A DNA stretch of 64,000 nucleotides. It comes from Nymphaea colorata (lineage: Eukaryota). A program made the position numbers and the translations under genes. Where the stretch lies: assembly GCF_008831285.2 (NCBI RefSeq), contig NC_045138.2, forward strand, positions 31,496,001-31,560,000, in the 5' to 3' direction. Shown in pieces: positions 1 through 9,900 of this stretch (position 1 is the stretch's first letter; every line of letters starts with the position of its first letter). Under the pieces are notes generated by a model. The model ran no database searches and was not told the origin of the DNA. It saw nothing but the letters and a program-made list of their open reading frames with translations.

Positions 1-321
1 TTTCTGAGCTTTTATGGCTGAAAGTATTGTTGACTGATATTGGTATAAAGGTTGAAGAACCAATGAAGATGTATTGCGATAACAAGTCCGCAATTAACTT
101 GGCCAACAACCATGTGCTTCATGACAGAACAAAGCATGTTGAGATTGACCGGCATTTCATTCGAGAGAATTGATGCTAAAGAACTTGTACTTCCTTACAT
201 GAGATCTGAAGACCAAATGGCTGATGTTCTGACGAAGGCTTTATCTTCAACCTCATTTGAGAGAAATGTATCCAAGTTGGGCATGTTTGATATGTATGCC
301 CAACTTGAGGGGGAGTGTTGA
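1..321 (+). mobile_element. Ty1/copia LTR retrotransposon, RNase H C-terminal end (frameshifted, runs off window start)
   Basis: Frame 3 from nt 6 reads ELLWLKVLLTDIGIKVEEPMKMYCDNKSAINLANNHVLHDRTKHVEIDRHFIRE. After a frameshift in GAGAGA near 165 it continues RIDAKELVLPYMRSEDQMADVLTKAL...LEGEC*. The CDN, TKHVEID and ADxLTK motifs are copia RNase H hallmarks. Polypurine tract GAGGGGGAG at 307-315. Confidence 0.93.
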
Positions 322-570
322 AGTATGTTAGATGGGTCTCGGGACCGGGTCCGGATCCGTATCCGGTCCAACTTGTAGCCCTTGTTGGGCATTATTTAAG
401 TCGTGTAACCCTAATCCTTATGGTGTGAATGAAAGACTAAGGAGAGAGAGAGTCTGGCGGCTAGTGGGCACCAACTCCTCCTCATTCGTGGTTTTTTCCC
501 TCTTGTTGAGGGTTTTCCACGTTACATCGTGATCGGTGTTTCTCTTCCTCTTCTTGTTCGTGTTTCTACA
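316..570 (+). mobile_element. 3' LTR of the copia element (255 bp, TG...CA)
   Basis: Starts TGTTG directly after the PPT and ends CTACA at 570, where the unrelated tandem array begins abruptly in mid-unit. Confidence 0.8.
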
Positions 571-3500
571 GCGACAATTTCCGGATCATATATGACCGTT
601 GATCTGGGCCCACTACTCTTTTCAAATCCAACAATGTTTGAATCAGAAAAGACCATTGATCCAAGCCCACTACCAGCAGCAAGTGCCATAATTTGCGGAT
701 CATATAAGACCATTGATCCGGGCCCATTACTTGTTTCAAATCCAACAATTTTCGGATCAGATTAGACCACTGATCTTGACCCCCTACCCGATCTCACTGC
801 AATAATTCTAGATCAGATAAGACCATTGATCGAGGCACATACCAAGATCCAAGTCCAACAATTTTCGGATCAATTAAGACTGTTGATCTAGTGTCGCTTA
901 TGTTTTTGTTTATATTCTGGGGAATTGGCTTAAGATTTATGTAGTTTTAGGTTGTTTTTAGGTTTTTGAAGTGGGTAGGTCTCATCGTGCATTTGCATCA
1001 TTATCTGGCTTTTTGTGAACTGCATGAAGGGGAGGAGATGACCGGAAGGAGGAATTATAAAACTGTTGGAGGATCCTGAATCATCATCTTAGAAGCGGTG
1101 TGGAACAAAACCATTAGTTAATGAAGGAAATGATCACGTGAAAAGCAATCACGATGCCCATGTTAGATATCTTTGGTGGTCTTTTGTGCTTACATGACTC
1201 CTCCATTAGGAAACCTGTGTAGGAGCCGCTCAACATGAAATCAAGTCATCAGTTATACAACCAGAACAGTTTTTTTTTTTTTTGACTTAGTCCAGAAGTC
1301 ATTTGCTGTCATTTTGATGAATTTCTTGAAACAACCAAATGCAAATACTAGAATTTTAGGATCAGTTAAGACCATTGATCTAAGCCCACTACCAGTGGCA
1401 AATGCAACAATTTTTGGATCATATATGGCCGTTGATCCGGGCCCACTATTCTTTTCAAATTCAACAATTTTTGGATCAGATATGGCCATTGATCCAAGTC
1501 CACTACCAGCGACAAGTGCCATAATTTTCGGATCATATAAGACTGTTGATCCGGGCCCACTATTAGTTTCAAACCTAACAATTTTTGGATCAGATAACAC
1601 CATTGATCTAGACCCGCTACCCGATCTCATTCCAACAAATTCTTGATCATGTAAGACCACTAATCGAGGCACATATCAAGATCCAAGTCCAACTATTTTC
1701 GGATCAGTTAAAACCGTTGATCTAGTGTCGCTTATGTTTTTGCCTATATTCTCGCGAATTGGCCTGATATTTGTCTAGTTTTAGGTTGTTTTTATGTTTT
1801 TGAAATAGGTAGGTCTCATCTTGCGTTTGCATCATTATCTGGCTTTTTTGTGAACTGCATGAAAGGGAGGAGATGACCGGAAGGAGGAATTAGAGAACTG
1901 TTGGAGGATCCTTTATCTTCATCTTAGTAGCGTTGTGGAACAAAACTGTTGGTTAACAAAGGAAATGATTATTTGTTAAGCAATCACGATGCCATGTTAG
2001 ATATCTTAGGTGATATTTTGTGCACTCCTGCATTATGAAACCCATGTAGGAGCAGCTCAACATGAAGTCAAGTGATTAGTTAAGCAACTACAACGATTCT
2101 TTTTTTGTTGACATAGTCCAGAAGTCATTTACTGTCATTTTAATGAATTTCTTGAAATAACCAAAAAATGCAAATCCAATAATTTTAGGATCAGGTAAGA
2201 CCACTGATCTAAGCCCACTACCTGCGGCAAATGAAACAATTTTCGGATTATATAAGACCGTTGATCTGGGCCCACTATTCTTTTCAAATCTAACAATTTT
2301 TGGATCAGATAAGACCACTGATCCAAGCCCACTACCAACGGCAGGTGCGATAATTTGCGGATCGTATAAGACCATTGATCTGGTTCCACTGCTAGTTTCA
2401 AATCGAATAATTTTCAGATCAGATAACACCACTGATCTAGACCCCCTACCCGATCTCATTCCAACAAATTCTAGATCAGAAAATACCACTGATCGAGGCG
2501 CAAACCAAGATCCAAGTCCTACAATTTTCGGATCAGTTAAGACCATTGAACTTGTGTCGCTTATGTTTTTGCTTATATTCTGGGGAATTGGCCTGAGATT
2601 TATCTAGTTTTTGGTTGTTCTTAGGTTTTTGAAATAGGTAGGTCTCATCGTGCGTTCGCATCCTTATCTTGCTCTTTTGTGAACTGCATGAAAGGGAGGA
2701 GATGACCGGAAGGAGGAATTAGAAATCTGTTGGAGGATCCTGAATCCTCATCTTAGAAGCGGTGTGGAACAAAACCATTGGTTTACGAAGGAAATGATCA
2801 TGTGATAAGCAATCACAATTCCCATGTTAGATATCTTAGGTGGTATTTTGTGCTTACATGACTCCTGCATTAAGAAACCCGTGTAGGAGCTTACGACTAC
2901 AACGATTCTTTTTTTTTTTTTTTTGACATAGTCCATAAGTCATTACCGTCATTTTGATGAATTTCTTGAAATAACCAAATGCAAATCCAATAATTTTAGG
3001 ATCAGATAAGACCACTGATCTAAGCTCACTGCCAACGGCAAATGAAACAATTTTCGGATCTTATAAGACCATTGATCTGAGCCCACTACTCTTTTCAAAT
3101 CCAACAATTTTCGGATCAGATAAGACCACTGATCCAAGCCCACTACCAGTGGCAAGTGCGATAATTTGCGGATCATATAAGACCATTGATCTGGGCTCAC
3201 TACTAGTTTCAAATCCAACAATTTTTAGATCAGATAAGGCCACTAATCTAGACCCCCTACCCGATCCCATTCCAACAAATTTAGGATCAGATAAGACCAC
3301 TGATCGAGGCGCATACCAAGATTCAAGTCCCATAATTTTTGGATCAGTTAAGACCGTTGATCTTGTGTCGCATATGTTTTTTCGTAGGTAAGACCATTGA
3401 TGTAAGACCACTACCAGCGGCAAATGCAACAATTTTCGGATCATATAAGACCGTTGATTTGGGCCCACTACTCTTTTCAAATCCAACAATTTTCGGATCA

Positions 3501-3960
3501 GATAAGACCACTGATCGAGGCCCATACCAAAATCCAAGCCCAACAATTGTCGAGACCGTTGGTCTATACCCATTTCAACATCCAAGTCCAAAAATTTTCT
3601 TGATTGTTATGCAAAGTTTACCTTTTTGTGCAAGAGCAACTTTTTTCGTAGGTTTGTGGCATTGGAAGCCTGTTTTGTCTAGTTTTTGTTTGATCAATTC
3701 TTTCTGTCGCAATTCTATGAAAACATTGAAACGGTTGTAGACCTGTTTGCGTCATTGTCTACAATGCAGTCTCACTTGTGTTTTTGCTTAAATTTTGTGT
3801 GGATCATGTGTTCTTAGCCTGTGATATAGCTAGTTTTAGGTTGTTTAAGTAGGTCGGTGGCATCGTGCGAGTGCGTCATCATGTGGTGTCTTTGTGAAGT
3901 GCATGAAAGGGAGGAGATGACTGCACTGAGAAACTAGAGAATTGTTGGAGGATCTTGAAG
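571..3960. repeat. Hierarchical tandem repeat: 57-bp units grouped in 384-bp blocks, with higher-order period 811-834 bp
   Basis: Core AATTTTCGGATCAGATAAGACCACTGATC recurs every 57 bp. Block-end marker GTGTCG at 891, 1725, 2554 and 3365. Block starts (GCAAAT) at 1341, 2170 and 2981, each exactly 384 bp before the marker. Linkers are 450, 445 and 427 bp. Extra units at ~3390-3590 and a degraded linker copy at ~3780-3960. Confidence 0.95.
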
Positions 3961-3976
3961 CCTTCTCTTTCCATGT

Positions 3977-4950
3977 TATGGTTCAAACTGTTGCTCAATT
4001 GGCTTGGGCTAAATCCATGCTATCTAGCCTAAGTGTGTCAATTCCTCTTTCCATGAGGATGTGTTGTAACAATCTATGTCACATGTGTGTGGATATAGGG
4101 GAGGACCAAATCCAAAAATCATAGGTACGCTGGTGCGGCTGATCATATTTATATATGTATAATAGTACTAACAATGATATTAAAAAAATACATTCATGAA
4201 AATTTTAAACAAACTATAATTGTATCATTCACCACTACAATCCGGATTCATCAATTCAAGTCAAGTTTGTTAGAAGAAGCTATAGCACCTGCTGCTGGGA
4301 CGGTGCACAACACAGTAAGGTTCCACCATTGGGAACAAAGTTCTGCAGGTGGTAAGGAAGGCGACGCCATAGAGGACACGGGCGGAAAGAAGTGCGAGAA
4401 AAGGCGGTGAGAGAGAGAATGACGTTGGGGGGAAAGGCAGAGGGAAAAGGGAAAACACGGGCAGAAAGAGGGACACAAAAGGCGGAGGGAGAGAGAATGG
4501 TGTCGGGAGGCAAGGCAGAGGGAAAGGGAAAATTTTGAGCGGGGAAAGAAACCTAGCACCGCTTCCAACGGGCCCAACACACTCCAGAATTCAGATGCAG
4601 CAAACTGACGTGTCTGTGTCGTGTCAATAATGTGTCCGCACCCGAACCCGTGTCAGACCAGGTCGACACAGACACGTTAGTTCACCAAGCACACCTATGT
4701 TTCATAGGTGACAATAGGGCAGCCACATACATTGCAAACAATCTAGTTTTCCGTGAGAGAACTAAACATATTGAAGTGGACTGTCATTACATTTGGGACC
4801 TTGTTCAAGGAGGAGCCATAGCCACCATTCATGTGTTATTCGAATATCAAACTGCAGATGTCTTCACCAAAGCTCTTCTTAGTGGTGATTTATCTAGATG
4901 TTGTGACAAGCTAAGCATGATTAATATGTATGCTCCAGCTTGACGGGGAG
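3977..4950 (+). mobile_element. Second, degraded copia RNase H remnant interrupted by a MITE; followed by PPT and LTR start at 4951
   Basis: MVQTVAQLAWAKSMLSSLSVSIPLSMRMCC [insert] DNRAATYIANNLVFRERTKHIEVDCHYIWDLV...QTADVFTKAL...MYAPA*. Followed by GACGGGGAG and then TGTT at 4951. Confidence 0.88.
4074..4707. mobile_element. hAT-type non-autonomous element/MITE (634 bp)
   Basis: TIRs CTATGTCACATGTGTG versus the reverse complement of the right end, CTATGAAACATAGGTGTG. 8-bp TSD GTAACAAT (4066-4073) / GTGACAAT (4708-4715). Confidence 0.85.
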
Positions 4951-5114
4951 TGTTTTTGAAGACCTTAAGTTAGGTGGTCCTTTGCAATATTTAATAGTTA
5001 AGAGTTCTCTTTAAACATTTCTCTACTTCTGGTTGATGTTATTTGTAAGTCTGTACCGCTGTCCTAATATCTTTATTAGTGAGATTAGGGGTAGTTAATA
5101 ATACAAGTTTCTCT

Positions 5115-5760
5115 CTTTAAGACTGTCGGCTACAACAGCTTTCTCATATGCAAGTAGTGTTCTCAATTTCTCTAAGCTAGGAGGCACATAGCCAGCTAGA
5201 TTGCAATTAGCCACCGATGTTACTACATTTTTCCAATGAAGACTTCTAGCTAAATTAAACTGAAGTGAACTTGCGTAAAAGAATGTAGCTATTCTTTTAT
5301 CTATTTCTGTTCTATTCATATTTCTGAATGACCTTTCACTTATTTTATTACATTCCAAACTCATTTTTCTTTTCCTCCATATGTCATCACTTTGTCCAAT
5401 AGTCAAAGGAGAAAAAAGTTATTTGCTTAAATATTTCTTCAATTTAGCTGCTTCCTGTTTTTTTTTTCAATTCTTTCAATGTGTTTTTGTCAACCTTTTG
5501 GCATGCTCTGATTTCTTGGCCACAAGTTTGTAATAAATGTGCTTTAACACGTGTATATGAGCTAGTGATCCACGATAGAAATTACATTTGAATAGCATTT
5601 TGCCTCCACACCAGGAGCTTTTTGTCCTTTTGATACATGTCTGCAAAGTGGTTGACACTGGTCTGTGCCTTCAGTTGAACCAATATTGACACTACTGCTA
5701 GAACTTGCCAGCATAGAACCACTTGAAATTGTCTTTCCCTTATCAGTCACTATATCTGAA
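5115..5760 (-). mobile_element. hAT transposase remnant (BED zinc-finger region and start of DUF659-like domain), frameshifted
   Basis: Minus-strand fragments PLCRHVSKGQKAPG / GGKMLFKCNFYRGS and RTEIDKRIATFFYASSLQFNLARSLHWKNVVTSVANCNLAGYVPPSLEKLRTLL resemble the plant hAT motif IARFFYxxGLPFNxA...GYxPPSYxxLRTxLL. Confidence 0.8.
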
Positions 5761-6381
5761 AAGTAAGAAGTGAGAAAAAAAGAACATAAAAAGAGGAAGA
5801 GTGAAGTGAAGTACACGCTAGTATGTATCCACTATATCAGCCACTATCTTGTATATTAAACACATAATGAACATATAGTTACAGAAAGTACAAATATAAT
5901 ATTTCATTACAGGATGTATATGCACTATGGACATTGTAGTAGAAGACACACGCGTAACAGAGGACACGGCAGTTGTAGCGTGCATCATAATGTCATATAT
6001 TCTTTGGAAGGCTTATAAATTGTTGGGCTAACGAAGTTGGAAAAAAAAGCGATGGAAGAAAGCGTACAGGCTAACAGGAACAAACCAAAGTGTGAAGGAG
6101 AGTTAAAATATGAAGTGCAGGCGTAAGATCAGAAGAAGTGCAAACATTAACCTGAGCAGGTAATGGGCAAAAGGGAGAAACAAGTAGGAACAGTAGCTTA
6201 CCTGTTGCCAGAAGAAGGTAGGGTGCTGGCACCGGTGCCAGAAATGCGTAAATGGGTGGACGGCTGGATGCTAAAGAGTCACCTCATGGGAATGGAACAT
6301 TGGAGCAAAGAGCGGAAGGATATCTGAAGGCAGAAGAGGGTAAAGTCTGGTAAAAAATCTTGAAGAATGAAAGGATAAGGA

Positions 6382-7560
6382 TGTTGATAAAGGCAAGGAT
6401 GTTGATAAGGCTGAACAAAGTTAGGCCATGGATGTAGGTCATATTTCATACTGAACATTGTAAACCTGCATGTAATCTGAGAGAGTGGCGAGCTGAAATT
6501 TTTTCATTCTTCTTCAAATTGTGTTATGGTATCATAGCATTGCAGAGGTTGTAACAATTGCTGCCTATATTCTGCGACTTTTCCTCATCCTTTGTGTGTT
6601 GCAGCATGTAGGCATTGTCTGAAGTTCATCTGTGCTATCATGGATTTTCTCATGGCTGAATCAATACCAAGTGGCTTGAAGCTTCCTGAATCAGGTGTGG
6701 TCTGTTCTGGTCTCATTTAATCCCTTAATACATTACATTATTTTCTTTTACAAAATCACGACTGAAAATTATTTGTGGTGGGAATTGCAATTTATTCACA
6801 TTCAGTTTGTATGGTTTAACGGCCCTTGTTGATGAGTCTAAGCCATTTCCAGAAAAAATGATAAACGGTCTATAGATAATATCAATCCAGAGTTCATCTC
6901 ATGGGCTCGACAAGATCAAGTCCTCTTTAAGTTGGATTCTGTCTTCTTTAACAGAATCAATCATAGCCAACGACAATCAATCCATAGCCAAGTCGTTGGA
7001 CTTAGGACTTCACGTGAAGTTTGGAAAGCATCTAAAAGATGCTTATGCCACCCAATCTGGGGGCCAAAATTCTGCTACTTAAAATGCATCTGCAGGATCT
7101 TAGGAAAGGGACAGAAGCATTGACGAATACTTCAAGCGTGCTAAACTTAATGCAGATCAATTGATGATTGTGGCTAAACTGATGGATGAGGATGACCTGG
7201 TCATGCATATCCTTCAGAGATAATCTAATATGACATTTAAGACATTTGTGGGCATGGGTGTAGAACCTGTCTCTCTAAATGAGCTCTATGGGTTGTTATT
7301 AATACATGAATTTCTACTTCAGGCATCTAGTGATCAGCCGACTGAGTCTCTCTTACTGTCAGCCAACTTTGCTCAAAATCAGGCAAATAACAGTTCTGAT
7401 CAGCAAAATGGCAACTACAGAGACAGGAATTAGTGGAATAAACAAAAAAAAGTTGGCAAAACAACACTAGCAAAATTCAAAATCAAGATGGCAGTAAGGT
7501 GGTCTGTTAAGTGTCAAATGTGACAAACCAAGCCACAGAGCTAAACAATACAAGCAGATT
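6382..7560 (+). mobile_element. Third copia remnant: probable 5' LTR, PBS and degenerate gag
   Basis: PBS TGGTATCATAGC at 6527-6538, one mismatch to the tRNAi-Met PBS TGGTATCAGAGC. Downstream fragments TTENYLWW, NPEFISWARQDQVL, SIHSQVVGLRTSREVWK and PVSLNELYGLLLIHE resemble copia gag (UBN2 type). LTR start is approximate. Confidence 0.72.
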
Positions 7561-7728
7561 TCTCATTTATTGAATTCAAATGGGTCGAAGTCTTGATGAA
7601 CTTGACCGAATTTTAATCCATTTAAAGCTAGGATTTCTTATTCTGCATAGAGATCACTTGAGACCAAGTGTTGTATGTAGTTCCCTTTGGGTTTCCTCAT
7701 GGGATACAAATTAAACATGGGAGTCACG

Positions 7729-7730
<2 letters not shown>

Positions 7731-7795
<65 letters not shown>
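7731..7795. repeat. Compound (CT)n(AT)n microsatellite
   Basis: Directly visible. Confidence 0.95.
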
Positions 7796-7797
<2 letters not shown>

Positions 7798-8003
7798 AAT
7801 GGTGACTCTTAGAGTTCAGAGTCATTTTGCCATTTAACCATGACCATTTAGTTGAACATGATAGACAAAAACAAGGAGAAAAAGATTATGGGTATTTTAT
7901 CATCTAGTATTAATTCATAGGTTATCTTTTTGTTTTTCTTTCAACCATCTATTTCCTTCAAATGAACAGACATGGTTAGTTGGTTGGGTGACTCTGTATA
8001 ACT
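7796..8003. mobile_element. MITE-like element next to a (TA)n tract; related copy at 34186-34370
   Basis: Shares TGAATGGTGA, TCATxTAGTATTA and TCAACCAT...TCAAATGAA with 34186-34370. Confidence 0.55.
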
Positions 8004-8205
8004 AAGGGTGGGTGTCGGGCGGGGCCAGGATTTTTCGGGCCCGATAGGTTGGCCCAGTTTGGCCCGTTTAAGTTTAAAAAAATATATATTTTAAATTTTT
8101 TGTTGTAATAATATATATTTATTATTAATAAATATATTTTATATTTAAAAAATATTTTATTATTAAAAAAATTATTTTTTATTTTTAAATGGCAGGGCCG
8201 GGCGG

Positions 8206-8242
<37 letters not shown>

Positions 8243-8329
8243 GATCTTTATTTATTTTCCATCTCTCAAAAAGTGCGTTAGCCATGGTTTTTGTTTGGCA
8301 ACATTTAGGTGCTTTTAGCGGCTGAAAAT

Positions 8330-8465
8330 TTTAAAAAATAATCGTTTGGCAATAGAAGTTGTTGGCAAATACAAGAAAATTGAATGATGACTGCAAATGT
8401 CTGTCGACAACTGGAGACATCAAGTTTGGACCGTCTGATTTTAGATCGAATGGCTTAAATCTTCC

Positions 8466-8509
<44 letters not shown>

Positions 8510-9900
8510 TCTTCTCAAAGAGAAGCCCCAGTCGCTCCTCCCCTACCATCGCCTGTGGGGCCGACGTTGCCTGGCAGCAGGAGAGAGCTGCCGAGCTCCC
8601 ATTGCAAGAAGAGGAGAGAAAGTAGGAGAGGGATTCACAAGGAAAGAAATAGTGAGAGGGAGGGAGCTGATAACATGGGAATCTAAGAGAGAGGGAGGGA
8701 GAGAAGGGAGATCTGGGCCGTCTCATCTTAAATTGAACTTAAATTTGATGTCCTGTGGCCAGCCAATGGTTTTTTTTTATTTATTTATTTAAAAGGTGCA
8801 CAAGCAAGCATTGCTAGGTGTGAAATTTGAAGAAGAAATTTATGTCCTTAGACAAGAATTTAACCGGCCAAATGATCGGAAGGTAGAAGCTATAAGGAGA
8901 ACAGCTCAAAGCCTCTCAAAGAATGCATTCATTAATAGAATACTTCCGAAAATTAAAGATCATGCGTGGTCGTGTGACACATCCATTCTCCGCACACTCT
9001 GGCCATTCTAAATTTTGAGTAAAGCTCATTTTCCTCCATGTTTGCCTCATTTTTCCTCTTCATCATCATAGGCTTTTCCAAACTGTTATTAGGGAATTTG
9101 GGTTGGGATGACGATCGGAGTTGCCTTGCAATCGCTGATACTTTGTGTCATTGGAACGAAGGGGTAAAATTGATGCCAATCATAATTTATTTTTCTTTTT
9201 TTTTTCTTTTGCTATCTAAATTTGTTTCCAGTTGTTTCTGCTTGCAGAAGACCTAATTGCATGTGATGTCTACTTAATTAATGGGCTGATTCGTCCTTTA
9301 TATAGTCTTTCAATGGTGGCTCCAATTTTTTTTTTTTGGTACATTTAGAAACATCAGATCTGGGTCGTTTGATCTTAAATGAAAAGGCCCAGATTAGTCA
9401 ACTCTCTCTTACTCCCTCTATCAACTAATCCCTCTCTTCTCTCTCTCTCTCTTTCTCTCTACTCTTGTTGCAAAAAGGGTTCTCCTACGGCCCCTCCAGC
9501 CTGACATTGCCGGTGGGGGCAGGCCTAGGCTATGGCTTCACTCCAGCGAATTGAAAAAAAAAATATACGATTGAAACTTTTTAGTTGTGCAATGTATTGT
9601 TTGGACTCAGGTTTAGTTTGGTTCCACCCGAATCCAGAGGTTTGCCCATTGTGGGTACAGGTTTGCTCTATAAGAGCAAATTGCTGATGTGACCTGATAA
9701 CGATTTCAAGGGAGGAGCTGTCGGGCTTTTCTTGAAAGTTGAGAGGGGAAGAAAGGAGAGATTTGGACCATCCAAAAGTTTGGATGGCCCAGGTTTGATG
9801 TTGCTAGGTATTTACATCAAGTGAATGTCACCATTCAGTTTTTTTTTTATATGTATATATTGCTGCCGATATTGTCGGTATAAAATGATCAACAAAAAAA
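8330..9900. mobile_element. Compound foldback (MULE-like) structure with four copies of a ~50-bp arm in alternating orientation
   Basis: Arm ACATCAxxTxTGGxCC-...-GGCCCAGATCT occurs at ~8416 (+), ~8705-8752 (-), ~9350 (+) and ~9760-9802 (-). The outer flanks also pair: AAAATTGAATGATGAC versus GTCACCATTCAGTTTT. Confidence 0.5.

Noticed and set aside
571..3600. CRISPR array (palindromic core plus variable segments)
   Set aside because: The context is plant nuclear DNA with no cas genes. The 'spacers' are homologous to each other (CCCACTAC) and recur in the same order in each block.
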